A DNA stretch of 64,000 nucleotides, taken from NCBI GenBank assembly GCA_013265495.1, contig MU058289.1:1116001-1180000 (forward strand), in the 5' to 3' direction. This stretch comes from Vicugna vicugna. Taxonomy: Eukaryota. Below the pieces are notes generated by a model, which did no database searches, was not told where the DNA came from, and saw only the letters and a program-made list of their open reading frames with translations. Made by a program: the position numbers and the translations under genes. This document shows, one piece after another, positions 10,750 to 24,243 of this stretch; within the stretch, counting starts at the first letter, position 1; the number at the start of each line of letters is the position of its first letter.

Positions 10750-12355
10750 TTCAAACAAGTCTTTGAGGTTAAAATTTACGTAAAGTAAAATGCAGCTATT
10801 TTAAACATGGAGTTTGGTAAGTTTTGACACACATACTCACTTGAGTCTCTAAAAAGTAATTAAGATACAGGTCTGATAATGTTCTATCATCCTAAAAATC
10901 CCCCTTTGCCCCTTTTCTGTCAGTCCCTCCACCTGTCTAGCTCCCAAAATTGATTGATGTATCTTCTGACATTATTATTCGTTTTTCCATTTCTAGAATT
11001 TCATACCAGTGAACACATATGTTAGGGAAACTTTTGTGTGCCTCTCTTTTGGGCGAGTTTTTGGATTAATCTAAGTTGTTGCCTGAATCCATAGTTCATT
11101 CCATTTAACTTCATAGTAGTAAATCACTGTATGGATATACCAGATTTTGTTTAGCTATTTTCCTGGGAGGAGGGGTGACTGGTGTAGGAGTCTGTGAGGA
11201 GTTCCAGCCCTGGCATTACAAAGCAGATGACAAAAGGAAAGTTGGGAGGCCAATGATAATAGCTAAATAATCAACACAACTTTAGCTGTTTCCTACAATC
11301 CCTTTTTTGTGAGGTGTTTTCCTTTGCATTATTTTGTGTTTGGTTCACCAACTCAATTTGGGAGTTTCCGCTTTGATCTGGACGTTGTTCACGAGTGTTT
11401 AAAAATTTCCAAGTGAGTAAAGCTTTCTGGAAAAATCATTCCATTATCTACTGCTATTTACTAGATTGTGATGAGGGAATAAAAATTGCAAAGTCTATAT
11501 TTTGTAATAGATCAGTTTTGGTTTTTGTTCTTTGTTTCAGCGTTTAATGCAGTGGAGGCTGTTAAGATAGCTTCAGTTTCAGAAAAAAAAAATTCTCTTT
11601 TTTTCCTTCTCAATCTTACAGCTTCCTCTGAATCCTGTATCTTTCAAAATCTTACCACAGTTCGCATATTGTTTCATGGTGTGAAGTTACCAGTTCAACT
11701 CAACAATACCAATGAGTAGTAAATGGAAAGCTTAGGTAACATTCTGGTCAATGAGCAGTTAACCCAGTTGACCTTTATGGAAAAAAGGGAGGAAATGTGT
11801 TACCTTGAACTTCGGGGTCTGTGCATTTTTTTCTTCTTCTTCTTCAAGTGGCACTTATAATTATTGTTGTTGTATTTTTACTTGTTAAAATATGCAAGTA
11901 TATGAGAAAGTGTTTTAAAGGCTAAAACACTCAAGTAGATTTTAGATATACTCACTCTGGTAGGCAGATTTCTAAAATAGTCCTCAAGTGTTGTAACATT
12001 TATTCATATATTCTGCTTACAAGACTTTCATAACATGCACATATATCTTCCATCTGTGACTTAACTATACATTTTCCCAATGGATTTTTCTGAAGATCTG
12101 AAGTGTTTAATTTGTATGAAATCCAATTCATCATTTTTTTTTCCTGTTAGTGCATTTTTATTTTCCTGGTCATGCTTTCTATGTTCTATCTAAGAAAGTG
12201 TTCCCTTTTCAGGGTGATGAAAATTTTGTGCTGCATTTTCCTTTTGAAGTTTTATCATTGTAGTTTTCACATTAACATCTAGATCCATTTCAAGATAACT
12301 TTAGTGTATGGCATCAGGTAAGGGTTGATGTTAATTTTTCCCATATGTAGATTGA
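10750..12355 (-). mobile_element. Degraded L1 fragments (10750-11160, 12080-12355) forming the spacer between the inverted arms
   Basis: Reverse-strand L1 motifs such as TTCTAGAATTTCATA, GTATGGATATACCAGATTTTG and TGTATGGCATCAGGTAAGGGT. Confidence 0.65.
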
Positions 12356-12359
12356 TAGG

Positions 12360-15130
12360 GGCTCCCAGGTCAAAGGGAGGGTTGAAATTTGGAGTTGGGA
12401 TGCTGACCTACTGTACAGGCAAGCAGGTGAGGACTGATGCTGAGGCTATGCTGTCACTGAGCAATGTGTTTTCAGAATGAGGAAGCACCTTGTAAAATGG
12501 GGAAATGTTTTTATTGGAGATAAGGGGAGACTGGAAGATGACAGACTGGAAGTAGGTGTGATATCCATGTAAATTTCATCAGTGTCAAAGGTAGGCTTGG
12601 ATGCCCCATCTGCAAAGCTGCTGGCTGCTGGAGTGGAGGAGGCTGCAGGGTCAGTGGTGGATAGGACAGTAAACACAGAGGCATAGGGAAAAGTGGTTCA
12701 CTGTTGCTGGCCATCAGGGGCCCAGATGTGGCTGAGGGAGGCTTGTGGACTAAAGAGAAGATGAGCCATTGGAGTGGAGTACTGTGACCCTAAATGCAGG
12801 AGACCTTGTGGAGACTGAAGCCCTTGCAGGGATATCTGCTTCACACTGGGATTGACCTGGTCAAATGGGAGGGAGCAAACACTGGAACCTAAGGGACACC
12901 TGAAGGGACCTCCTGTAGAGGGCAGTGGTGCTCATGTCAGTTATACCGAACTCCAAAGCAGCTGCGTACTGGATATGCAGGTGTACTGGCTGCAATGGTG
13001 GAAGTGACTATGGAAGCAGTGATGGGTTGGCTGGTGAAGATGGGGGTACTGGTGGCAGTGACTAGGAAAGTGATCTATAAGGAAAAGAGAGGAAAATCTA
13101 CACCATATATGTAGGTGACCCAATTTTGTAGGAGGTAGGCTTGAAGGAGATGACTGTGATTCTAGGAGGTACAAGGAGATCAGAAATAGAAGACCCTACA
13201 GCTAAGACTGAGGGACTGGAATGGAAAGGGTCTCCATTCTCATTTCTTGGTGGAATCCTCAATGGGCTTAAACTATAGGTAGAAGGAGATTCAGCAGGAA
13301 CAGCAAAAGGAAAGTTAAAAATTTCATTTCATCACTATCTCATATGGGTTAGGTATAGGGGAAGGCAGGATTAGGGGGCTTGGCAGACAGGTCAGCAGTC
13401 AGTGACTGCTGATGTGGCAGTATCTAGGATCTGCATGATGAAAGTGATCACAATCACGCTGTCTGACATGTACTCCCCAGGCAGGGAGAAAAGAACGGGC
13501 AGGCTGAGTGGCACTGCTGTCTGAAGCATCTTCAGTTTTATCCCTCAATGCTTGCGGTTCAGTCGGGACTGTACTTTCCTCTCTAAGCCTAAGTCATCAG
13601 CAATGACTATGCAAGGAAGGGAGGAGGTGAAGGCAGCTCTTCTCCTCCCCGAAACAGTGGCAGGGGCAGCAGCAGGGGCATTGGAATTTTTGTTTACGGA
13701 GCCTACAACCGGCAGATGTGAGTGAAAAGTTCATTTTGGCCAGAGTACCTGGAAGCTTTTCTCCCTTTGTCTTCTCTGATGTCGGTGAGGTTGAAGAGCT
13801 GGGTAGCCTTCACCAAAACTTTTTTTAAAAATCTCTTTGGCAGCAGGGGCAGGATGAGAATGGACCACACAGCCCTGCTGCATCCAGATCAGTCCTACTT
13901 AAAAAGAGAAGGCTCCAGCAGGGCTATGAGAGCAGGGATGGCATGGACTTTGGTGATGGATGCATAGAAGATCTTTTCACTTTTTTACTCAAAGCATCTT
14001 CTATATGCTGGGAATGGGGTTTCCCTTTGGAGGCCCAGGACTCCTCAGGAGAGAAGTGGTCTGCAAGGACTTAGATGCTGATGGTACTCCTGCTTGGAGA
14101 GGGGGGCGCTTCTCTCACCATTTTACCCTGTCATTTTTCATTCTCCTCCTAATCCATCCCTTTCCTCCCCTATCCTAGGGCTCTCAGGTCAGTCTCCTTT
14201 GGACAAGGTCTCGGAGGGTGACTGGATTGCAAAGACCTCATGGAGGTGCCTGCCTTCTCAGATGGCAAAAGGAGGAGAGAGTATTTGCACGTTTCAGCAA
14301 AGATCTTTATCCTTCCTGTGTGGCCGAACATTTTGGTGGTGCAAGCAGACAGCGCACCTTCTTCTGAGAGTTCAGCTTCTTCTGAGAGTTCCCCTGGACA
14401 TGGAGGGAAGGACCCCAGAGAGGAGCACTGAGGCTGTGAGATCAGATACCGCCCCTTAGGCGTGATGTAACACGAAGGTGTTAAGACCCGAAATTGCCCT
14501 AGGAGAGTCTGCCGAGGTGAAGAGCCGTGCGCACACGCTGGTGGATCCCAGAGTCAAATAGAAAACTCAAGAGAGGTTCCCTATCTTCAGACTCCTCCGT
14601 GGCAGGGCACGCACCATTCAGCCCAATGCACACGAGACACCACTGGAACAGGTAACCGAGAAAGGGCGCACTAGTAAAGAGCACGGGAGCGATGGGCTTG
14701 CAGAAAATGCGACAGAGGGCAAAGGGCAAGGCCCAACGGCCCCAGCCAGACGCTCCATCGCGTCAGGACTTGCCGTTCCTGGTCGCAGGTCTTTGGCACC
14801 AGATGTCCCCCCATGCTATACGGGGACTGCCCAGGACTGCGGATGCTCAGCGCCAGCAGAAGTGGGACCACTCAACGGGGAGCCCGGTCTGTAGCCTCCT
14901 GAGCATCTGGTCTGCGCGTAGCTTCAGCAATCAGTGCCTCTGGGTGCTTCAGCTCTTTCCCTCAGGGTCGCCAGAGGGCAGAGTCTGCTCAGAGCCAGAG
15001 TCTAGGGGCCGCTCAGACCCTCCTGGAATGGGGAGCCGACTCACTGGGAGGGCTAGGTATGGGAGACAGGGTGGGGAGGGGAAGAGGGCTGCTCTGTCTC
15101 CCGGGTAATATAAACAGGGGCCCAGGGAGG
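12360..15130 (-). pseudogene. NPAP1/POM121-like retrogene remnant, copy C
   Basis: Reverse complement of 13510-13700 reads, across frameshifts, PMPLLLPLPLFRGGEELPSPP..IADDLGLERK..ALRDKTEDASD. ORF 12446-12676 has the NPAP1-like MDITPTS segment. Collinear with B (5' part) and D (3' part), and truncated by L1 at about 12360. Confidence 0.75.
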
Positions 15131-16019
15131 CTGCAGCAGGGCAAGTGCTAAGGCATCGAGAGACACTGATTAGATCAGCACCAGGCGCCAGAGCCCCCAG
15201 CCTCTTCATTGCACTCAACGGCCACAGAGAAGACCAGTTTAAGCTGACACCCCAGACCACATCCCCCAGGCTCGCCTCCACCTCCATGCAGGTAGCTCAG
15301 GGCTCAGAACACCAACCTCTAGTAACCTCAACGGCGCCCCTCCAAATCCTGTAGCCGAGCACCTACAAGGCCACCCCGGAAAGGGGTATATCACCTAGAG
15401 TATCACCAGCTGGGCAGGGGTGATTTCTGAGACAGGAGCCAGGTGCTCTGACCTGCCTGGATGTTGCACCCCACATCGTTCCTTCCTGGTGGACAGTTTC
15501 TCTTCCTTCATTTTTACAAGTTTAGTGAAACAGTATTTAAATCCGAGAACTTTCCTCAGCTGATACAGGTGGTAGTGGCCCTGCCGGGACTTAACCCAAG
15601 CTGTCTGATTCTACAGATCATGATGTTAAGCATCAGACTATGGTGCCTCCTCATCTCGTCTGCATCATGTATGACTTTCTAAATAGTCCTTAGGATACTT
15701 AGCACTGTGGCTCACCTGTAATGAGCACATGCACTGCCTACTAAGGTCTAATCTGGTTCAGCCTATAAGAGGACCATTGCCTACACTGGGCCTCAGTCTC
15801 CTCAGATGATGTAGTCAGGACTGCCAGCTGTCGGCACATCTCCATGGCGGATTTCTCTTCTAACTGAGTGTTGCACATAACCACACAGATGTCTGTGAGG
15901 TATCTTCTCCCAGGCACAGAGATAGGAGACGCACACTAGGTGGGTACAGGATCCACCTGCTTAAAAACTCTTATGCCCCAAGGATGCCAATATTTCTTAT
16001 AATGATTCCATAGACCAGG

Positions 16020-16690
16020 TTTCAGAGCCCTGGTCAAAATCGACAGCTTGCCAATAGTAACTTTTCCAGGCCACAAGGATGGTATATATATTTCCATACA
16101 TTTAGGTCTTTTTTCTTTTCTCTCAGCAATATTTTGTATGACGGTCCAACACCAAAACCTTTGGGCCAAACTCAACTCACAGTCCATTTTTATAAGACCG
16201 GTGAGCTAAGAATCATGTTAATAATTTTAAAGAGTTTTAACACACACACGTACACAGAAGAATATGTGACACACAAAGCCTTTAATATTTACTATCTGGC
16301 CTTATAAGAGAAAGTTTGTAACCACTATTTTGTAGTTTTCTGTCTGTCAATCTTCCATAGTTTTTGCTAACTTATTCCATGTATTCTATGTGGTTTGTGA
16401 ATTTCAGTTTTGAGTAGTTCATTGGTGGTATATAGCAAATACTATATACATATGTATGTATATGCATATATGTATATGTATATATATGCAAATACTATGT
16501 GTATTGTGTGTGTGTGTATACACACACATATATATATGGTCTTGTATACTGGGACCTTGCTAAAATCATCTCACTTCTGGCCATTTCTTCATAAATTCCT
16601 TAGGATTTTCTACATATACAACAATGTTTTCTATGAACGACTCTAGTTTCACTCCTGTTTTTCTGCATGCCTTTTCTCTTTCTTACCTCT
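16020..16690 (-). mobile_element. L1 fragment with MER58-like insert (about 16140-16330) and (TA/CA)n; paralog of 5045-6840 lacking TOMM22
   Basis: Reverse complement gives CAGAAAACTACAAAATAGTGGTTACAAACTTTCTCTTA, the same L1/MER58 junction as at 6484-6520. Confidence 0.75.
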
Positions 16691-18239
16691 GTATTTGCAG
16701 AAACCAACCATTGTCAGCACAGCACCATCAGGCATTTCTTTTCTAATTAAGACTCGCAGACGACCACACAGCTGTCTGTGAGCAGTTGTCTTCCAGGTAC
16801 CAGAACAGGAGACACACATCAGGTAGGTGTGGGATCTACCCCAGATTAATGTCTTTTTATTCTCTCAGACTTAGTTTTATGTCCTTCTTACCTGCTCCTA
16901 TGTCCCCATCACTACTCGCTTTTTGGAGTATTTGGTTTAATCATCATCTTTTTCTCCTTACTATATTGTAAATTCCTTTGCAGCAAGAGATATCTTTGAA
17001 CTCTGTCACTAGGGCCTGCCACAGTGTCTACTGTAGAGTCATCATTCAATAAATGTTTAACAAAATAATAGGTAAGAAGCTGGGGGAAATGCTTGCATTT
17101 CCTTCCTTCCCCATCTTAAGATGATTTCCATGGGTTGTAAAATATCTTAGAAAACATTCTGTTTTCAGCAATAAAGTGTAGTGGAGACAGCACTACTCTC
17201 AGGTGGGCCAAGTTATGTAAAAATTATAAATTTTGTAATTTCGAATTTCAGTGGTTTAGACTAAGGGCAGGCTCATTCTTCCAAATAAAACCTGTCCAAT
17301 TGTTTACCTGAGAGAGAATCATTTCTGATTTTTCAAAGCAGCATGATAGCAATATCTTTATAATATATTGTATTGTAGACTTGAATTTTTCAAAAATTGC
17401 AAGGCAGGTATGATTCTTACTTCCTTTTTCCCTCCAGGCCCAAAAGCCTAGATGCCAAGACAGTCCTCAGTTCATGCAGTGTGAATGTATGTGGATTATT
17501 GACATAAGTCTAAATTAACCCCTCCCCTCAAAAAAATACATTTAAATATCTTTGAAAGACTGAAAGTGTAGAATGTGGTTTGCTAACACACTGCAGGGGC
17601 GATCTGACCTACAGTGAGGTTAGATGGTGGGGGAGAAGCACAGAAGGAAGAGGCAAGGACGAGTCACCCCGTCTGTCTCTCCCTCCTCTGCACCTCGCTC
17701 CCCCCTGGGCTGCTGTCCCTTTCACTCGAATTACAGACATCAGAAGTCAGCGCGTGCTGTCACCAAGTGAGGCTACCTCCACATCCTATTTCCTGAGCCA
17801 TAGGAACTTTGTGTATCACACTGCCACTCACACATGTCAATTCTTCCTCCATCAGTGAGATAAAGAGCAAAAACACATGAGTTGAGAACCAACAAACAAG
17901 AACAATATGTGTATAATATTACATCTGGGAAAGAAAGATAAAGACCCACTGAGGCCAATGGTTAAGAGAAAAGGGGGCAGCTGAAGGGAGCAATGCATGT
18001 CCTGCCAGTTTCAAGACTAGAGGAAAACTGGCCTAGAGCTTGAGTCTTCCATGCTAATAGGTGAAACCAGAGTGTGGCATGGTTGATACATACAGAATCT
18101 CTCTTCTCTCCAGAGTGGAACTTCTCAAGCCAGGATGTCAACTTGTGACGAGCCTCATCTGGACCCACAGCCTTCAGTACAATACACAAACACCCTAAGG
18201 TGTTTGGCCTCCAGCTTCTTCTAGAACAAAGAACAGGTT

Positions 18240-21050
18240 AAGCTTGTTTGACATAACTGGAAGAACTGAGACTGTTTCCAGCAAAGCAAGATTCATTCGT
18301 ATGGGACAGTGGTCACACGCCATTCTAGAGGAAGCTTTTGCCTCCTAGTTGCTGAGATCCTAGTTCTTGCACGAAAAGAAGATGAATGGTTCGTGCCCCT
18401 ACACTTCTGTCCCCAAAGAATCCCCAGGCAGGTGACAAGGATGCCACAAAGGCAAGGCTGCTGTTTGCAGGATCCACTGGAGAGGCACATTTGATCTTGT
18501 CCAGGTGAAAAAATGCCTGAAACACAGGTGTTTTCTCAGTAGTGTTGGCTTCTACAAAGTCAGAGGGGATATCCTGGCTGGGAAGGGCCCCAGGTGTTCC
18601 CACTGAAGGCCAGACTAAAGGTATCTTCCCAAAAGTGTAAGATGTTGTCCCATCTGACAGCAGCAGATGTGCTGTGGCCATTAGCACACAGCAGCTCTGA
18701 ATGATGAAACAGATGCATCTCTAAACACAGGTATGATACTGTCTCCTCCCATTATACCACTTGTACACTGGACTCATGGGCCCCAGATGCTCTGACTGTA
18801 TTTGCAGACAGTAGTTTCTCCAACCACAGATATGATGCCAACCCCTCTGACAGCAACAGATATTCTGTGGCCACGTGGCCCTGCGGTGTCTGACAGAAGG
18901 CGTGAAAAGAAGTATCTCCAGGCATGTGTTTCTTCTCAGGGGTGCAGGCTTCTCCAATAGAAACAGGTTTGCTCTGGTCATAAGGGTCCCAAGTGCTCCG
19001 AGCAGATGCAGAAAGAGAAGACTGACTCTCCATCACAGTTATCATCCTGGCCTCTCCCATTGCATCTCGTGTGCTCTGGACAGGTGGAGCCCAGGTGCTC
19101 TGATTGTAGGTGGATACATAAAGGCCTCCAAATACAGACATGGTGCTGGCCCCACCCACTGAAACTGATGTGCTTTGACCAGATGGTTCCCAGGTGACCT
19201 GAACACAAGGAGGAATCTGACACATATTCCTTCTCAATGATGAGGTCTCCTCTAATAGAAACAGGTGTGCTTTGGCTGGGCGAGCCCCAGGTGGCCTGAC
19301 TTTAGGCAAGAAGGAAAGTGTCTCCCAGGAAAGTTTTTCTCTCAGTAGCGCTGGCCTCTCTAATTGTAACAAAGGTGTTATAGGCTGGCAGAACCCTACT
19401 GTTCAGGTCTAAGCGTCCCCCAACAAGAGTCATGGTGCTGGGGCTCCCCTTGGCTCTGTCCTAAAGCTGAGTGCTTCAGACATGGAGCTGGGGCCTGGGG
19501 CAGACACGCTGACCCCAGAACTATAATTATCCAAAGGAGTTGCAGGTGCCATGAATAGATTTGGGTCGGAGTGGTGTTAACAAAAGGTGAGCTGTGCCTG
19601 GTGCCGGACATCCTGCTGATAGCTCCAGGGCAAGAAGTTGTAGCTGTGCAAATGAGGAAAAACACCTGAGGTGCCGGCCAAGGCTGGCTGGGTGCTGACA
19701 GAGATGCCAAAGGTGGAATGTGGGAATGTCACATACGTAAAAGCTGACCCTATAGGGTGCCTGGGCTGCAGCAGAGGTTAAGTCTGGAGCTTGTACTGGG
19801 AGTGCCATGTTTCCTAAAGGGTAAATGATATTAAAGCTGCTCAGGGGGAGCCTCTCAGGAGGAACCTGGGCCCAAGGCATTGTAACCATATTGATTTCAT
19901 CAGAGTCAAAGGCAGGCTTGGATGCCCTGTTGGCTGAGGTCTTGGCTGCTGGAAAGCAGGCAACTGCAAAAGCAGTGATGGATAGGCTAGTGAAGAAGGG
20001 GTACTGGGGAGAGGGACTCCCTGCTGTTGCCCATCAGGGATTCCAAATGTGACTGAGTGGTGGCTCCTGGGCTAAAGGAAAAGTTCAGAGTTGGGGTAGG
20101 GCTCCTGACGGAAATGCAGGTGGACGAGTAGAGACTGGAACCTGTTCCACACTGGAATGGGCCTGGTCAAGTGGGAGGGAGCTGAAACTGGATCCTGGAG
20201 GAGACCAGGAGATAAAAGCTTGGGAAAGGAGAGCGGTACCCATGTAGGTTACACCCAATTCCAAAGCAGGCTGGAAAGTCGAGTCTGCAGACTTGCCGAC
20301 TTCAATGGTGGGAGTGATGGGGGAGCAATGATGGGCTGGCCAGTGAAAGCTGAGGTTCTAGTGGAAGTGAGGGAGGAACACAGTCAGCCGGATGAATGGA
20401 TCGGTGATGGCTGGTCTGGAACAGGAGCTGGTTAGGGGTGGGGGAAAAGCTGGCTTAAAAAGTTACCTATGAAAAGCAGTGTGTTTTCTGTCTGCTTTTG
20501 GAAGTATAGTACCCAATTTGAAGATGCCTCTGAGATACATACCCTTCCAAGGCAAACCACTTACTGTTTAGCCTGATGCTGTGACAGAGTTGGAACCAGT
20601 GGCAGAGTGAGGGCATGCCAGCAAAGAGCGGGAAAAAAGGTACCAAAGGGAAAAGGGCAGGGTCCAACGGCCCTTCCCCAGTCCCCTTGGGATTCCCATA
20701 CCTGGTTGCAAATGTTTGGTACCAGATGTCCCCCTGCATGATGTGGGTACTGCTCAGGACGGCTGATGCTTGATGCCAGTAGAATTTAGCACCAGGGACC
20801 AGCAGGCCATGGGGTCTGCAGCCTCAACACTGGGCCTGGGGTAGTAGCTGCAGCAATCAGTACCTCTGGGTCTGCTGGCCCTTCCTCCCAGAGTCACGGG
20901 AAGGCAAAGCCTGCTCAGAGCCAAGTGCTAGAGCAACCTAGATCTTGACCAAGTGGGGGTCTGGCTCACTCGAGATCAGTGTAAGAGAGACAGGGACAGA
21001 GATGGCAGGGCTGGGCTCTGTTTCCTGTGGATACTAGCGTGCCCAGGCAG
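18240..21050 (-). pseudogene. NPAP1/POM121-like retrogene remnant, copy D (internal deletion; retains the 3' repeat region)
   Basis: 5' part aligns with copy C (for example GCCCAACGGCCC/GTCCAACGGCCC and CACCAGATGTCCCCC/TACCAGATGTCCCCC). The 3' part aligns with copy A. ORF 18752-19372 contains QSTWAPPVQST/RSTWDPYDQS repeats. Confidence 0.7.
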
Positions 21051-21869
21051 CCCAAGGTGGCTGCAGCAGGGCAGAGGGTAAGATGGGGAAGGGGTGACTA
21101 AATGACATGGGGTGCAACTCACCCCAGCCTCTTCCTTTCAGGCAGCCACCACAGACCACACCAGTTTACCCACACACCCTCCCTGTCTCATACTGGTAGT
21201 TCAGGGCTACCAGATACCACCTCCTCTAGGGACATCTCTAGGAATGCTATTTATTTAGTCATGCTGGAAAGATGCAAGTCCCCAGGATCCCCAGGTGGGG
21301 CTGCACCACCCTGACCTGCCCAGATGCTGAACCCCACAACATCCTTTCCAGGCAGGCAAGTTCTCTTCGCTTCTTTTTACATGGTTTACAAATTACAAAG
21401 ATCATTTAACCCTTAGAACCTTATTCAGGTCACACACATGGTAGCGGAGAAGCCAGGATTTTGAACTCAGTCTATTTGATTCTAGAGTTCATGTATTAAT
21501 CGCCTGACTGTGGTGCCTCCTCTTATGCAGGCATCATGGATGATCATTTTTATAGTCCCTAAGGTACTTAGCACCATGGCACATCTCTGATGAGCACATG
21601 CAAAGCATTGTAGGAAGTCTGAATTGGTTCAACTTATAAGGCACCCACAGACCACACAGAGCTCTACTCTCCTCAGAAGATATAGGACAGAGATCAATAA
21701 CTGTCAGCATAACCCTCTCAGGCATTGTCTTCTAACAGCCTTTCAGCAAAACCACACAGCTATCAGTGAGTGATCTTCTCCCAGGTACAAGGACAAAATG
21801 CACAGCAACTGGGTGCAGAATCCACTTTGGTTTAAAAGCCTTATGTCCCAAGGCATAATCTCTCATGAC

Positions 21870-23690
21870 AGCTCCATAGCACTACCTTGCCTTGGGACAA
21901 AGGAAATCTCTCCAATTCCTACCTTACTGAGAGATTTTTTTTTGCAAGGGATGTTAAATTTTGTCAATTATTTTACCCACAGCTTTGAGATATTCATTTT
22001 ATTGGTTTTTTTAAATTGAAGTACAGTCAGTTACTATGTGTCAATGTCTGGTGTACAGCACAATGTCCCAGTCATGCATATACATACTTATATTTGTTTT
22101 CATATTCTTTCTCATTAAAGGTTATTACAAGATATTGAACATAGTTCCCTATGCTATACAGTGAGATATTCATTTTAAATATTGATTGAGATATTGATTT
22201 GATTTGATTTGATTTTTTGATAAATAAATGCTTTTTTTTGTAATATCTTCCTTCCAATGGTAATTTCATTAAGTTATATTTGGTACATTATGTTGCTACC
22301 AGTCTTTGCCCCCTTAAACCAAATTTAATGGTTGTGATTGCTTGGGCCACTCATATAATTTAAAGTCCAAATGACGAGGAACCAGGATGCTAGTCCTTGC
22401 AAGGACTACTTTGCTTTCTTTGTCTTTGAACCCTTGATCTGTTGATAAACACACACACAAATGTATATTTGTATGTATGTACATACATATATAGAGATAT
22501 TGATTTAAATATTAAAGCAACCTTGCATTCCTGGTACAAATTTCATTTGGCCACAATAGATCTTTTCATATTTAGTTAGATTTGATTTCTTAAAATGTTA
22601 AAGATTTTCATATCTATTTCATGAGGTATATTAATCCACATTTTGTTTATTATTTTGTTATAGTATTAGTAATGCTAGCCTCATACAATGAATTATGAAA
22701 AGCTGCCTCTTCCCTTATTTTCTGAGAGTTTATGTAACACTGGTAAAATATCTTCCTTATATATTTTATGAAATTCACCAGAAAAATTATTTGGACCTGC
22801 AGTTTTCTTCCTGGAAGAATAATCACTTGTTATCCTTTCAATATCTTCCAGATCTGTAGCAATGTCCCCCTTTTCCTTGGTATTGATAACTTGAATTTTC
22901 TTTTTATTTCTTGATCAATCTTAGTAGATATTTATCAATTTTATTGGCCTTTTAAAAATCCACTTTTAGCTTTGTTAATTTTCTCTACCATAGATTTTCT
23001 ATTTCTATACTTATATTTGTTATTTCTTTATTTCTACTTTGGATTTAACTTGCTTTCTATTTCTCTGTTTTTAAAATGAAAAAATAAATCATTTTTAGAT
23101 CATGCTTATTTTTTAATATAAACACGTAAAGCTGCAGCATTCCCTTAAGCATTGTTTTAACCACACCCCACAAATTTTAATATGCTGCTTTTAATTATCA
23201 TTCATTTCAAATTGTTTTTTAATTTTGCGTGTTATTTCTTTGATCCATTAGTTATGTAAAAGCATGTTTTGCTTTACTTATAAATATTTAAGGACTTTCT
23301 AGATATGTTAGTTTTTGGTTTCTACTTTAATTCCATTGTATGTATTCAATGTTTTGAAATTTGCAGAGACATTTTTTCACCCAGTATATGTCTGTCTTTA
23401 TGAACATTCTGTGTTCACTTGTAAAAGAACGTGTGTTCAAATAATGTTGGATATATTATTTACAAACACCGTTCAGTCAAGATAAATTTTTTGAACTCTT
23501 TTTTTTTTGTCTACTTGTTATAACAATTCATGAGAAAGAAATGTTATCATCTCCAATTACAATTGTAATTTGCATATTATCCTTTAGTATGGTCAGTTTT
23601 TGCCATATATATTTTAAAGTTCTGCTATCAAATTCATAAATATTTAAGATATTTATATTTTCCCAACGAAAATTCCTTAAGAAATGTTTG
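21870..23690 (-). mobile_element. Old L1 ORF2 fragment with nested insertions
   Basis: AT-rich reverse L1 motifs (AACCTTGCATTCCTGG, TAATGCTAGCCTCATACAATGA, GAAATTCACCAGAAAAATTATTTGGACCTG). Confidence 0.8.
22002..22161 (-). mobile_element. Young 5'-truncated L1 3' end (camelid-type)
   Basis: Poly-T followed by ATTGAAGTACAGTCAGTTAC...GTTCCCTATGCTATACAG. Perfect 16-bp TSD TGAGATATTCATTTTA at 21986-22001 and 22162-22177. Confidence 0.85.
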
Positions 23691-24243
23691 TAAACTTCTG
23701 CTATAAAAAAAATACATTTGTAAGCTCATCAGAATATATGGACAGAAACTGTCATGGCATCATTATGATTACTGGTAACTGAAAGGAATGCAAAAGTGCA
23801 TCAGCACTAGAACAGATAAGTTGCTTCCTCAACAGTAGTGAAAAATCAATGATACACATATACATGGAAAAATACGGGTGAATCTTACAAGCTTTTATTT
23901 TGAAGATATAAGACCAAACAGAGCACATAATATATGATTCCATTCATATAAAGATCAATAATAGCCACAATCAAATTCTATTTTGGGGATTCATAAACCA
24001 TAGGAAAAATGATCCAAAAGTCAGGTAATACTAACTTTTTAAATCCGCACATGGGATTCCTCTTGATGTTGGGAGAGGATCCCATCATGACTGGGATGGA
24101 CCACTCAGAGCTGTGGACACTGCTAATATTCTTTTGTATTGTCTTTAGTGGTGATTAGTTATATATGGATTAACTTTAGAAAGATTCATTAAACGCTACA
24201 TAAATATTTAAAAATTTCCTATGTCTATGCCACAGTTCACAAT

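Noticed and set aside
18752..19372. 206-aa ORF as a functional NPAP1-like gene
   Set aside because: Non-ATG start and bounded by stops and frameshifts inside a copy with an internal deletion. It is a pseudogene fragment.
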